Part shown: piece after piece, positions 31,661 to 41,558 of the stretch | How the letters are laid out: the number at the start of each line of letters is the position of its first letter | Position numbering within the stretch: the first letter of the stretch is position 1 | Source: Alphaproteobacteria bacterium | GTDB lineage: Bacteria; Pseudomonadota; Alphaproteobacteria; GCA-2731375 | DNA length: 64,000 nucleotides | Reading direction: 5' to 3' | Assembly (NCBI GenBank): GCA_965232515.1 | Contig: CBDDPY010000002.1 | Location: forward strand, 1,216,001-1,280,000 | The notes under the pieces: generated by a model | Seen by the model: only the letters and a program-made list of their open reading frames with translations | Told to the model about the DNA's origin: nothing | Database searches by the model: none | Program-made: the position numbers and the translations under genes

Positions 31661-33322
31661 TCACTTCGCCGGTTCCAGCACCTTGGCGCGCACGGGCGGA
31701 CCGGCGAACGGCCGGGCGAAGTCGCCGACCGCGGCCATGTCGACCTCGACCAGGGCCGGCCCGTCGACGGCGGCCGCGTCCGAGAGCGTCCCGGCGGCAT
31801 TGTCGAGCGTCTCAAGTCGCATATAGGGCACGCCGACGGCGGCGCAAACTTCAGCGAATTCGGGTGTCAGCAGATCGGCATAGTATTGCCGGCCGCCGAA
31901 GCGCGCGTCCTGGATGTTCTTGATGACGCCGTAGCCGCGGCTGTTCATGACCAGGAGCACGATGTCGGCGCGTTCCTGCGCCGCCGTCGCCAGCTCGCCC
32001 ATGCTGAGCTGGAAGCCGCCGTCGCCGACCAGACAGAAGGTCTTGCGGCCCTTGGCGGCGAGCGCCGCACCGATGCCCATGGGCAGGCACTGGCCGATGC
32101 CGCCGCCGAGCGCGTGCACGCCGTCGCGCGGGCCGGAGATGCGCAAGGCCCGGTTGCCCCAGGTCGAGTTCGAGATGGTGACATCGCGCACCCAGACGAA
32201 GCTGCGGCCCGCGACGCCTTGCAGCGCATCGACGAGCTGGGCGTAGGGGCCGAGGGTTTCGCGCAGGCCCTGCTCGGCCTGGCGGCGGGCGGCGGCGAGA
32301 TCGTCGCCGAATGCGGGATCGACATCGAGCCGGCCGGCGAGGCGGTCAGCGAGGCCGTTCAGCGCCAGCACGCTGTCGCCGTGCACGAACTGGGCGTTCG
32401 GATAGCAGCGGCCGTCGGAACGCGGATCGGCGTCGATCTGATAGAGCGGCTGCGGCAGTTTGAGGGTGTATTTCAGCGTTTCGTTGCCGCGCAGCCGCGA
32501 GCCCGCGACCAGCATGGCATCCGCCGTCCGGTAGAAGGCTTCGATGGGCGGGGCCATGGTGAAGGCGCCGAGGCTGCGCGGATGGTCTTCCGGCAGGATG
32601 CCGCGGCCCTGCGTGCTGGTAACGATGCCGAAGCCCATATCGGCGAGGCGCGCCGCGGCACTGCCGGCATGCCGGCTGCCGCCACCGAGCCAGAGCAGGG
32701 GGCGCCTCGCCTGTGCAAGGTTGTCGGCCAAGCGGTCGAGCGCGGCCGACGTGGGCGCCGGCGCTTCGACACCGTGCGGGTCCAGATCCTGGGGCCAGGA
32801 GATTTTCGCTTCCTGGATGTCGATGGGGATTTCGACGCTGACCGGACCAGTTGGCGCCGCGAAGGCGGTGCGCACGGCGTCCTTCAGCGTGCCCAACGCT
32901 GTTTCGGCCGAGCGAACGCGGAAGGCCGCTTTCGAGACCGACGTCAGCATGCCGAGCTGGTCGCGCGCCTCGTGGATGTAGGCGCGGTCGCGGTCGAGAT
33001 GAGCGGTCTCGATCTGGCCGGTGAGATGCAGGAGCGGCGTGCCCGCGGTCTGGGCCTCGACCATGGCGCCGGCCGCATTGCCGGCGCCGGTGCCGGTGCT
33101 GGTGACGAAGACGCCGAGGCCGCCGCCGACGCGGGCATGGGCGTCGGCCATGTTGCCGGCGCCGGCCTCGCCGCGGGCCGGCACGAAGCGAATGTTGCCG
33201 CGCCGGCCGATGGCGTCGAGGATCGGCATGTTGTGGATCGAGATCACGCCGAAGGCGGTCTCGACGCCGCAGCGCTCGAGGAAAGCGGCGACGATATCGC
33301 CGACGGCGGCTTGATCAGACAT
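31661..33322 (-). CDS. Thiamine pyrophosphate-binding enzyme
   Basis: FGVISIHN, RGEAGAGNMADA, GDGG...MN TPP motif. Confidence 0.9.
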   Translation of the reverse strand: MSDQAAVGDIVAAFLERCGVETAFGVISIHNMPILDAIGRRGNIRFVPARGEAGAGNMADAHARVGGGLGVFVTSTGTGAGNAAGAMVEAQTAGTPLLHLTGQIETAHLDRDRAYIHEARDQLGMLTSVSKAAFRVRSAETALGTLKDAVRTAFAAPTGPVSVEIPIDIQEAKISWPQDLDPHGVEAPAPTSAALDRLADNLAQARRPLLWLGGGSRHAGSAAARLADMGFGIVTSTQGRGILPEDHPRSLGAFTMAPPIEAFYRTADAMLVAGSRLRGNETLKYTLKLPQPLYQIDADPRSDGRCYPNAQFVHGDSVLALNGLADRLAGRLDVDPAFGDDLAAARRQAEQGLRETLGPYAQLVDALQGVAGRSFVWVRDVTISNSTWGNRALRISGPRDGVHALGGGIGQCLPMGIGAALAAKGRKTFCLVGDGGFQLSMGELATAAQERADIVLLVMNSRGYGVIKNIQDARFGGRQYYADLLTPEFAEVCAAVGVPYMRLETLDNAAGTLSDAAAVDGPALVEVDMAAVGDFARPFAGPPVRAKVLEPAK

Positions 33323-34106
33323 GGCGTGACAATCCTCCGGAAACGTCGATGGCGGCGCCCGTGATGTAGGACGCGCAGGGCGAGGCCAGGAACACGATGG
33401 CGCGGGCCGGCTCATCCGGCCGGCCGAGCCGGCCAAGCGGGATCTTCTTCTGACGCGCCAGTTCGGCGGTCCAATCCTCGTAGCTTTGGCCCGCCTCGGC
33501 ATGGGCTTCGTAGCGGCGGCGCCACTGGCCCGAGTCGATCAGGCCCAGCAGGATCGAATTGACGCGGATGCTCTGTGGCGCCAGTTCGGTGGCGAGCGAG
33601 CGCACGAAGTTCAGCAATCCGGCGCGGGCGGCCGAGGTCGCGACCATGTGCGGTTCCGGCTGTTTCGCCAGCAGCGAGTTGACGCAGACGATAGACGCCG
33701 CGTCGGCCTCGGCCAGCATGTCCTGGAAGGCACGCACGGGGTGGATCACGGAAAAGAACTTGAGATCGAGTTCCTCGCGCCAGGCCGTATCCGTCGTGTC
33801 GGCAAAGGTCGATGTGCGGCCCTGGCCGGCATTGCAGATCAGCATGTCAAGGCGGCCGAAGCGGTCGCGCACCGCACGGCCGAACGTCGCGACCTGGGCC
33901 GCGTCGAGGACGTCGCAGGTCTCGGCCAGCAGACGGTCGGCGGCGACATCGGCCAGCGACGCCGTCGCCGCCGACAGCCGGTCGGCGTCGCGGCCGCAGA
34001 TGGCAACCTCGGCGCCGGTCTCCAGCAGCAGGCGGGCGGTCTCGAGGCCGATGCCGGAGCTGCCGCCGGTGACGACGGCGACCATGCCGGTATGGTCAAT
34101 CTGCAT
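33315..34106 (-). CDS. SDR family oxidoreductase (atypical catalytic motif)
   Basis: TGGSSGIG, NAG, TSAAR instead of YxxxK. Confidence 0.9.
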   Translation of the reverse strand: MQIDHTGMVAVVTGGSSGIGLETARLLLETGAEVAICGRDADRLSAATASLADVAADRLLAETCDVLDAAQVATFGRAVRDRFGRLDMLICNAGQGRTSTFADTTDTAWREELDLKFFSVIHPVRAFQDMLAEADAASIVCVNSLLAKQPEPHMVATSAARAGLLNFVRSLATELAPQSIRVNSILLGLIDSGQWRRRYEAHAEAGQSYEDWTAELARQKKIPLGRLGRPDEPARAIVFLASPCASYITGAAIDVSGGLSRHV

Positions 34107-34113
34107 GCCGGGC

Positions 34114-34908
34114 CTACAGTCCCGCGGCCGCCGCAGCCGGCCGATAGTGCAGCGCGCGGGAGATCCGGTCCGCCGTGCTGCAAACGGCGTTGATAACGTC
34201 CGTCCCGATATCGTCGCCGCCGGCCACCGTCACGTTGATTGCCGCGACGGCGCGGCCGGTATGGTCGCGGACCGGCGCCGCCACCGACGAAATGCCGCTT
34301 TCGAAGAAGGCGTTGCTGACGGCGTGGCCGCGGGCGCGGTCCTGGGCCAGGAGATTCGTCAGATCGGACATCGTTCGTGGTGTCTGGTCGGAAAACCGCG
34401 GCAGCTTGGCGTCGCCATAGAGCTGCCAGATCTCGATATCGTCGAGGTCAATGAGGAGCATGCGGCCGAGCACCGTGGCATGCGCCGGCAGCCTCGTGCC
34501 GACGTTCAGGCTGCCGGAAAACGCCGAGCGGCCCGAGACCTTCAGCACCACCACCACGTCCGTGCCGTCGCGCACGACCATGTGCACCGAACAGCCCGTG
34601 GTCTCGCGCAACGCTTCCAGCTCGGCCCGGCCGATCTCGGTGACGTCGAGGCTGGCGATGTATTCGAAACCGAGGCCCAGCAGGCCGGCGCCGAGACGAT
34701 AAGCCGTGCCGCCGTCATCGCGGGCCAGCAGGTTCAGGTGCTCGAGCGTCTGCGCGATGCGGAACACGGTGGTGCGCGGGATGCCGAGCTCGCGCGCCAT
34801 CTCCGGCGCCGTGATGGCGCGGCGTTCGGCGTTGAACAGACGCAGGATCTCGATACCCCGCGCCAGGCCGGGGACGAGATAGCGCTCGATGTCCTTGGGC
34901 TCGCTCAT
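34114..34908 (-). CDS. IclR family transcriptional regulator
   Basis: VPGLARGIEIL HTH; GTRLPAHATVLGR; SVAAPV. Confidence 0.93.
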   Translation of the reverse strand: MSEPKDIERYLVPGLARGIEILRLFNAERRAITAPEMARELGIPRTTVFRIAQTLEHLNLLARDDGGTAYRLGAGLLGLGFEYIASLDVTEIGRAELEALRETTGCSVHMVVRDGTDVVVVLKVSGRSAFSGSLNVGTRLPAHATVLGRMLLIDLDDIEIWQLYGDAKLPRFSDQTPRTMSDLTNLLAQDRARGHAVSNAFFESGISSVAAPVRDHTGRAVAAINVTVAGGDDIGTDVINAVCSTADRISRALHYRPAAAAAGL

Positions 34909-35753
34909 GACAGGGTGTCGATGAAATCAATGAGGTGCTGGTTGAACAGATCGGGCGCCTCGACATGTGGCAGATGTCCGGCCGCCGGGATCTCCACATA
35001 TTGCCGGCCGCCGGGAAACGCGACGGCCACCTGCCGAGCGCCCTCGGGCGGCGTCGTCGTGTCCTCGGCGCCGCAGAAGACCACGGCGGGATGGTCGAGC
35101 CGCGCCACGTCGGTCAACAGATCGCCGTCGGCCAGCAGATCGGCGGCGGCGGCAAAACCTTCGAGCCGCAACTGACTCAAATTGCGTTGGACCAGCGCGC
35201 GCTGCGCCTCGCTTGGATGCGGGCCGAGCAGCCGCGGCGCGCGTTCGGCCGCGTAGGCTTCGGCGCCGAGTGTCCGGAACGGATCGAGCCGGCCGGAACG
35301 GCGCTCGGCTCGCTCATCGGCCGTCAGCCGGGCATGGCCCTGTGCCGGATCGGCCAGCACCAGCGCCCGCACGCGATTGGGCCGGCGGCATGCGAACTGC
35401 GCCGCCATCAGGGCGCCCAGAGAATTGCCGACAAGCACCGGCCGCTCGATCGACAGCGCGTCGAGCAGGGCGGCCAGCGCGTCGACATAGGCGTCGGCGG
35501 TGGGCGCGGACACCGGGTCCGAGCCGCCGTAGCCCGGCGCGTCCCAGGCGCTGAGCCGGTAGGCGCCGGCCAGCGCGTCGAGCTGATAGGACCAGGAGCC
35601 GGAGCCCGAACCGATGCCGTGCAACAACACGACATCCGGACCGTCACCGGCGCGGCGGCAGGTAATCGTGCCGGCAGCGGTGGAAACCGGTTCCGCCGGA
35701 TGCGCCGACAGAACCGTTTCCCAGGGCCAGGACATGCGCTCGGGCGCCAGCAT
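34905..35753 (-). CDS. Alpha/beta fold hydrolase
   Basis: LLHGIG, WDAPGYG, GNSLG nucleophile, AGHLP. Confidence 0.9.
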   Translation of the reverse strand: MLAPERMSWPWETVLSAHPAEPVSTAAGTITCRRAGDGPDVVLLHGIGSGSGSWSYQLDALAGAYRLSAWDAPGYGGSDPVSAPTADAYVDALAALLDALSIERPVLVGNSLGALMAAQFACRRPNRVRALVLADPAQGHARLTADERAERRSGRLDPFRTLGAEAYAAERAPRLLGPHPSEAQRALVQRNLSQLRLEGFAAAADLLADGDLLTDVARLDHPAVVFCGAEDTTTPPEGARQVAVAFPGGRQYVEIPAAGHLPHVEAPDLFNQHLIDFIDTLS

Positions 35754-36307
35754 CAGTCGCGCTTGATCTTGGCCAGCGGATGGTCCGGCGGATAGGTCGG
35801 CAGCTTCGGCTTCGGCGTGCCGAGCATGACGCACATCAGGGACTCCTCCTGGCCGATGTTCAAGAGCCCGCGATAGATGCCGGGCGGCACGGAGACGACG
35901 TCGCGCTCCTCCAGAATGGTCTCGGCGGTCTCGCCGTTATGCTCGAGGAACAGCTTGATGCGGCCGCGCAGCATGAAGAAGACTTCCTCGACGTCGTCAT
36001 GGACGTGGATCGGACCCTCGCAACCGGCCGGCAGCACCATGGTCGAGAAGGTGAAGTGCTCGGACGGAATGACGTTCGCGTCGGACTTGGCGCCGGCGGC
36101 GCCGAGGCCCATGTAGCGCATCTGCGCGCGCTTGTATTTCGGATCGAAGTCGGCCTGGAACTTCAGCGCGTTCCAGTCGTAGGTACGGCTTTCGAAGCGA
36201 GCGATGCGCTCGCTCTCGATCCATTCGCCGAGCGACTTGTCCGCCGGCTTTTGCCAGGTCGGCACGTCCTCGCGCTCACTCTCATGCAGTCTTGCGGTTT
36301 CCGCCAT
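35753..36307 (-). CDS. Cupin domain protein
   Basis: GPIHVHDDVEEVF, SVPPGIYR. Confidence 0.87.
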   Translation of the reverse strand: MAETARLHESEREDVPTWQKPADKSLGEWIESERIARFESRTYDWNALKFQADFDPKYKRAQMRYMGLGAAGAKSDANVIPSEHFTFSTMVLPAGCEGPIHVHDDVEEVFFMLRGRIKLFLEHNGETAETILEERDVVSVPPGIYRGLLNIGQEESLMCVMLGTPKPKLPTYPPDHPLAKIKRD

Positions 36308-36325
36308 CCTCAGGGTCCCTCCAGG

Positions 36326-37078
36326 TTAGTTCAGGGTAAATCCGCCATTCACCGGCAGCGTCTGGCCGGTGACGAAATCGGCCGCGTCCGAGGCCAGGAA
36401 CAGCACCGCGCCGACGACATCGTCGGGGTGCTGCGACCGCGGCATGGCGCGGCCGTCGACGTAAAGCTCCTTGCGGTCCTCGGGCACGTATTCGGTTGCT
36501 TCGACCAAGGTCAGGCCCGGCGCCACGGCGTTGACGGCAATGCCGTCTGGGCCGAGCTCGCGCGCCATGGATTTGGTCATGGCGATCACGGCGCCCTTGG
36601 AGGCGACGTAGTGCATCAGGCGCGGCGCGCCCCAGAGCGCGGTGTCGGAAGCGATGTTCACGACCTTGCCGTTGCCGGCGGCGCGGAGCGCCGGCAGACA
36701 CGCCCGCGTCATCAGCCAGGTGCCGCGCACGTTTACGGTCATCACTCGATCCCAGGTCTCGACCTCGATCTCTTCCATGGTCTTGCCGCCGATGCCGGTG
36801 GCGATGGCGCCGTTGTTGACCAGACCGTCGATGCCGCCCATCTCCGTGCCGGCGGCCACGGCGCAAGCCGCCACCGACTCCGGATCGGCGAGGTCGAGCG
36901 GCAGGGCATTGGCCGATGGCAGCCGCGCGGCGGTCCGTTCCGCTTCGTCGGCCAGCACGTCGGCGACGATGACCCGCGCGCCGGCGGCGCAGGCCGCCTC
37001 GGCAAAGGCCGCGCCCAGACCGCGGGCGCCGCCCGTGATCAGCAGGCGCTTGCCATCGAGACGTACGGGCGAGGTCAT
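36326..37078 (-). CDS. SDR family oxidoreductase
   Basis: TGGARGLG, NNGA, YVASK. Confidence 0.92.
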   Translation of the reverse strand: MTSPVRLDGKRLLITGGARGLGAAFAEAACAAGARVIVADVLADEAERTAARLPSANALPLDLADPESVAACAVAAGTEMGGIDGLVNNGAIATGIGGKTMEEIEVETWDRVMTVNVRGTWLMTRACLPALRAAGNGKVVNIASDTALWGAPRLMHYVASKGAVIAMTKSMARELGPDGIAVNAVAPGLTLVEATEYVPEDRKELYVDGRAMPRSQHPDDVVGAVLFLASDAADFVTGQTLPVNGGFTLN

Positions 37079-37087
37079 GGCGCCTGA

Positions 37088-38125
37088 CTACTCCGCCGCC
37101 TGGGCCGTGGATTTCGCTTGCGCCTCGACCTGCGCCCGGGCCTTCTTTTCGAGCAGGCGGCGGACGCGGCTGAGGCCGACATCGTGCTGGTAGAGATACT
37201 CGTGCTCGCGGGCATCGGGCGCCATCTGCTCCAGCACCACGCGGTCCTGCTCCAGCACGTTCCAATGCAGCTGTTCCAGCCGCGTGCGGTAGAGGAAGCG
37301 CCAGACATCGCGCTGCCAGCCAGTGACCTTGCGCACGCGCCAGAAGAAGACCTGCGTGTGCTTGTCGTCGATGGGCGTCGCGAAGCCGACGATGAAGAAC
37401 TCGCCGCCCGGGCCGTATTTTTGCTGATAGGGGATCGACAGGCGCATCCACAGCGCGTTGGTCTCGCCCCATTCGACCCAGTCGAAATTGACGCCCTGCT
37501 GGCCGGTCTTCTCCCAGATGAAGCCGTGCTCGGTCTTGCGCGCGCGCATCTCGGCGGCGCGGTCGCCCTCGGCCATGGAATGCGAGGTGGCGTGCAGATA
37601 GGCGCCGTGCATGGGGTCCATGACGTTATCGACGGCGTAGCGGTAGTTGCAGGCCCAGTGCGCGGTGCAGAGGAAGCTGGAATAGGCGTCGCTCGTCAGC
37701 TCCTCCGGCAGCGCCAGCGGTTCCGGCGTTTCGCCGGCTTCGGCGAAGTAGAGGAAGATCGCGCCGTTGCGTTCCTCGACCGGGTAGCTGCGCACCTGGC
37801 GCTCGTCCTTCATCGGGCAGTCGGTGACGGCCGGCACGTCGACGACCTTGCCGCCGCCGTCGACCTCGACGCCGTGATACCAGCAGGCGACCCGGTCGCC
37901 CAGGTTCCAGCCCAGCGACAGGCGGGCGCCGCGGTGCGGACAGCGGTCTTCCAGCGCCTGGACGTCGCCGTCGGCATCGCGCCAGAGCACGATGTTCTGA
38001 CCGAGCCGGGTGATGCCGGTCGGCGCGTCCGACAACGACCAGCTCGGCAGCACCGGATACCAGTAGCCCAGCAGGCCCAGGTTGAGACGCGACGTCACCG
38101 CGTTGTCGATCTCGGTTGCGGTCAT
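37088..38125 (-). CDS. Rieske non-heme iron oxygenase, alpha subunit (VanA/alpha3-like)
   Basis: CPHRGA...CWYHG Rieske motif; DNVMDPMHGAYLH mononuclear Fe motif; EQD. Confidence 0.92.
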   Translation of the reverse strand: MTATEIDNAVTSRLNLGLLGYWYPVLPSWSLSDAPTGITRLGQNIVLWRDADGDVQALEDRCPHRGARLSLGWNLGDRVACWYHGVEVDGGGKVVDVPAVTDCPMKDERQVRSYPVEERNGAIFLYFAEAGETPEPLALPEELTSDAYSSFLCTAHWACNYRYAVDNVMDPMHGAYLHATSHSMAEGDRAAEMRARKTEHGFIWEKTGQQGVNFDWVEWGETNALWMRLSIPYQQKYGPGGEFFIVGFATPIDDKHTQVFFWRVRKVTGWQRDVWRFLYRTRLEQLHWNVLEQDRVVLEQMAPDAREHEYLYQHDVGLSRVRRLLEKKARAQVEAQAKSTAQAAE

Positions 38126-38146
38126 GTCCAGGTCCTCTTCAATGCG

Positions 38147-38932
38147 CTAGGCCGCATGCGTGGCGCTGCGCGGCAGGTAGTGCAGCACGCGGGCCTCCAA
38201 CAGCACGACCAGCAAATAGGCGACGATGCCGATCACGGTCAGCATGATGATGGCGACAAAGACCAGCGCCGTGTTGCCAGCGCCCTCGCCGAAAGTGAGC
38301 AGATAACCGAGGCCGACATTGCCGCCGACAAGCTCGCCGACGACGACGCCGATCACCGCCAGCGTCGCGCCGATACGCAGGCCCGAGAACAACGGCGGCA
38401 TGGCGGCATGCGCCTCGATCATGCGGAAGATCTGCCAGCGCGAGGCCGAAAACGAGCGCGCCAAGTTGATCATATCCGGATCGACCGTGCGGATCGCCGC
38501 CATGACGTTGACCAGCACGGGGAAGAACACGATCAGGATCGCGACCAAGATCTTCGGATAGACGGTGTAGCCGAACCAGAGCACGAACAGCGGCGCGAAG
38601 GCGACCTTGGGCGCGATCTGCAGCGCCAGAATGTACGGCGACAGCATGACCTCGGCCGTGCGCGACACGCCCAGCACATAGCCAACGAAAATGCCCAACA
38701 GCGAGCCGAGCAGGAAGCCGACGCCGACGGACCAAGCCGTCATGCCGGTGTGATAGAACAGCCGCTCGCGCTCGACGGCAATCACGAACTCGGCCGCCAC
38801 GGCGGAGACGGGGGGCACGATAAAGGGCGGGATACCGAGCGCTGCCGGGCCCCATTCCCAGGCCGCGAGGAAGATTACCAGCAGCGCGAGACTGCCGGCG
38901 ATCTCCCTCGGTCCGAACTGGCTGACCCCCAT
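38147..38932 (-). CDS. ABC transporter permease (NitT/TauT family)
   Basis: PKVAFAPL, FFP, AVIGVVVGELVGG..GLG. Confidence 0.92.
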   Translation of the reverse strand: MGVSQFGPREIAGSLALLVIFLAAWEWGPAALGIPPFIVPPVSAVAAEFVIAVERERLFYHTGMTAWSVGVGFLLGSLLGIFVGYVLGVSRTAEVMLSPYILALQIAPKVAFAPLFVLWFGYTVYPKILVAILIVFFPVLVNVMAAIRTVDPDMINLARSFSASRWQIFRMIEAHAAMPPLFSGLRIGATLAVIGVVVGELVGGNVGLGYLLTFGEGAGNTALVFVAIIMLTVIGIVAYLLVVLLEARVLHYLPRSATHAA

Positions 38933-38957
38933 GGCGTCGTCCTTTCGCTATCGCGAC

Positions 38958-39947
38958 CTACTGGGTCACGAAGGCGTTGGTGTAGAGATCGTCGAGCGGC
39001 GCGGCCTGCCGCACGGCGCCCTGCGCCAGATAGAAATCCTGCACCGTCTTCAGCCGGTCCGGGTCCATGGCGCCGAGCGTGGCCTGGCCGGGATAGACAT
39101 ATTCGTTGTAGAGCTTGAACACCGCTTCCATGGCCTTTTCCTTGCCCTGGTGCTGCGGCACGGCCTTGACGTAATCGGCGGCGGCGCCGGCGGGATCGTC
39201 CATGATGTCGCGCATGCCCTTCAGCGTCGCGCGCACCAACTTGCCGATCAGCTCGGGCTGCTCAGCGATGGTCTTGTCGGAGGCGAGGATCGCCTGGGCC
39301 ATGGACGGGAAGTAATCCTCGACCGGCATGATGCGCAGCTTCTTGCCCTGGGCCCGGGTCAGACCGATCCAGTCCGGCACCGCGGCCATGGCGTCGGCCT
39401 CGCCGGCGGCGAACAGCTTCCAGACGCCGGCCGGGCCGGCGGCCTGGATGTTGAGGTCGTTCTTGGTCAGGTCGGCCGTCGAGAGCGCGCCGAGCAGCGC
39501 ATAGAACGTGGTGTCCTGATACGACATGGTGGTGACGGTCTTGCCCTTGAGGTCTGCCGGACCCTTGATGTCGCTGTCTTCCATGGCGACCAACTGGGTC
39601 AGCGCCCGGCCGCCGAGCACGGCGACGGCCTTAACCGGAATGCCGTTCGCGCGCACGATGATCGGCGTATCGCCGATGCCGCCGCCGATCACGGCGTTGC
39701 CGGCGCCGACCTGCTTAGCGACGTCGACGCCGCCCTTGGCCGACTGGAAGGTCACGTCGAGGCCCTCGTCGGCGTAATAACCGCGCGCCTGCGCCAGCAT
39801 CCAGGGCCCGAAGGCCGGCAGGAAGGTGGGCGCCGGCAGCAGGTAGGTCACCTTCTGCATATCGGCGGCAGGCGCCGCGGTTGGCGCGGCCAAAGCGAGG
39901 GCAACGGCCGTTGCCGCCGCTGCGTTGCGAATTGTCCGTCCCAGCAT
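38958..39947 (-). CDS. ABC transporter substrate-binding protein (NMT1/THI5-like)
   Basis: Signal peptide; GYYADEGLDV, DLKGKTV. Confidence 0.88.
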   Translation of the reverse strand: MLGRTIRNAAAATAVALALAAPTAAPAADMQKVTYLLPAPTFLPAFGPWMLAQARGYYADEGLDVTFQSAKGGVDVAKQVGAGNAVIGGGIGDTPIIVRANGIPVKAVAVLGGRALTQLVAMEDSDIKGPADLKGKTVTTMSYQDTTFYALLGALSTADLTKNDLNIQAAGPAGVWKLFAAGEADAMAAVPDWIGLTRAQGKKLRIMPVEDYFPSMAQAILASDKTIAEQPELIGKLVRATLKGMRDIMDDPAGAAADYVKAVPQHQGKEKAMEAVFKLYNEYVYPGQATLGAMDPDRLKTVQDFYLAQGAVRQAAPLDDLYTNAFVTQ

Positions 39948-40005
39948 TCTTAGCCTCCAGTTGTCATGCCCGGTTTTTCCCGGGCGGTTGGTTCAGGTCC
40001 GTTCG

Positions 40006-40839
40006 TCAGATCAGCTCGTCGGCCGCGTGCTCGCTGACATGCAGGAGCGACATCAGGTGCGCGACATAGTCGCCGACCCGGCGGTGTTTACGCCGGTTGA
40101 TGGGATCGTCGCGGTGCGCGATGTCGACGACGATCTCCTCGATAATGGTGCCGGGCCGCTCGCTCATCACCAGGATGCGGTCGGAAAGCGCGATCGACTC
40201 GACGAGGTCATGGGTGATGAAGACGGCGGTGCGGCCGTCGGCGGCGAGCGTCTGGGCCAGATCCTGCTGCAGGATCATCTTGGTCTGGGCGTCAAGCGCC
40301 GAGAACGGCTCGTCCATCAGCAGCACCGCCGGATCGACGGCGAGGGTGCGGGCGAGCGCCGCGCGCTGGCGCATGCCGCCCGACAATTGATGCGGATAGT
40401 GATCGGCAAACTGCGTGAGACGACAGCGGGCGAGCAGCGCGAGTGCACGTTCCTTGCGATTGCCAGCCGAAAGGCCCTGGATCTCGAGGCCGAATTCGAC
40501 GTTGCGCCGGATCGTGCGCCAAGGCAGCAACAGGTCCTTCTGCAGCATGAAGACGACATGCCGGTTCGGCCCGGTGACGCGCACGCCATCGACGAAGACC
40601 TCGCCGGCACTGGGCGCATAGAGGCCGGAGCCCATGTTCAACAGCGTGCTCTTGCCGCAGCCGGACGGGCCGATCAGCGAGACGACCTCGCCGTCGGCGA
40701 CCTCGAGGTCGACGGCGCGCACGGCCTCGATGGCCGCATCCTTGCCGGGCTGCCGAAACTGCTTGGAGACATTGCGAAAGGCGATGCGCGCCGTTCCGGC
40801 GGCGGCATTGGGCGCGTCGACTGTCGCCGCCATCGCCAT
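40006..40839 (-). CDS. ABC transporter ATP-binding protein (NitT/TauT family)
   Basis: [26 protein letters not shown]. Confidence 0.94.
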   Translation of the reverse strand: MAMAATVDAPNAAAGTARIAFRNVSKQFRQPGKDAAIEAVRAVDLEVADGEVVSLIGPSGCGKSTLLNMGSGLYAPSAGEVFVDGVRVTGPNRHVVFMLQKDLLLPWRTIRRNVEFGLEIQGLSAGNRKERALALLARCRLTQFADHYPHQLSGGMRQRAALARTLAVDPAVLLMDEPFSALDAQTKMILQQDLAQTLAADGRTAVFITHDLVESIALSDRILVMSERPGTIIEEIVVDIAHRDDPINRRKHRRVGDYVAHLMSLLHVSEHAADELI

Positions 40840-40843
40840 GCGC

Positions 40844-41140
40844 TCAGAGACCCAGCCGGGCGATCTCGCGCCCGAACGACTCCTCGGTCCAGGCCGTGCC
40901 GTCGGGCGCCAGCACGCCCCGGTCGTTCAGCGCCGCGACCAGCGCCGGCAGCTCGTCGATGCCGGTCTCGAAGCATGAGATCAGCGCATCGGCGAGGTCG
41001 TTCTCGTACGACGTCGGCGCGGCGGCGCGGTTCTGCCAGACGATGTTCTCGGCGACATCGGGCGCCTCGATGCGGCCCTTGCCGGCAACCGCATTCGGCT
41101 GCGGCCGGCGCCAGTTCTTCAGGAACGGGTTGTGGTCCAT
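40844..41140 (-). CDS. Small recombinase-like HTH domain protein
   Basis: YENDLADAL..GIDELPALVAALN..GVLAPDG..WT pattern; 98 aa within catabolic operon. Confidence 0.75.
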   Translation of the reverse strand: MDHNPFLKNWRRPQPNAVAGKGRIEAPDVAENIVWQNRAAAPTSYENDLADALISCFETGIDELPALVAALNDRGVLAPDGTAWTEESFGREIARLGL

Positions 41141-41166
41141 GGCGATCCGCCTTGTCCGGGTCGGTG

Positions 41167-41475
41167 TCAGAGGCGCACGTAGACGTCGCCGTCTTCGACC
41201 TTGACCTCGTAGGTCTTGAGGTCGCGGTCGGCGGGCTCGCGCAGGCATTTGCCGGTGGGGATGTGGAAGAGCGCCTCGTGCAGCGGGCATTCGACCTGAT
41301 CGCCCTCGACGAAGCCCTCGCTCAACAATGCATAAGCGTGCGGGCAGATGTCTTCCATGGCGTAGAGCTTGCCGTCGACCCGGAAGACGCCGATCTGCGC
41401 CTCCGCGATCTTGGCGGTTGCCGGCTCATCCTCGGTCACATCGGCATCCGCCGCCACTTTGTGCCAGTTGCCCAT
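41167..41475 (-). CDS. Rieske-type ferredoxin
   Basis: CPHAYA...CPLHEA, no signal peptide. Confidence 0.92.
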   Translation of the reverse strand: MGNWHKVAADADVTEDEPATAKIAEAQIGVFRVDGKLYAMEDICPHAYALLSEGFVEGDQVECPLHEALFHIPTGKCLREPADRDLKTYEVKVEDGDVYVRL

Positions 41476-41496
41476 CCCACTCCGCGCGCCCACACT

Positions 41497-41558
41497 GTTC
41501 CATATTTGGAACGTTGATCTTTATATGGATCATAGGAAACGAGTATCTGTATTGTCAA
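41497..41558 (-). promoter_or_regulatory. Sigma70-like promoter and palindromic operator for the Rieske oxygenase operon
   Basis: Minus strand TTGACA (41558-41553) N18 TATGAT (41534-41529); GTTCCA-TATT-TGGAAC palindrome at 41497-41512, plausible IclR site. Confidence 0.6.

Noticed and set aside
40844-41140. Recombinase marking a mobile element
   Set aside because: No catalytic domain or att/IR sites; embedded in a catabolic operon
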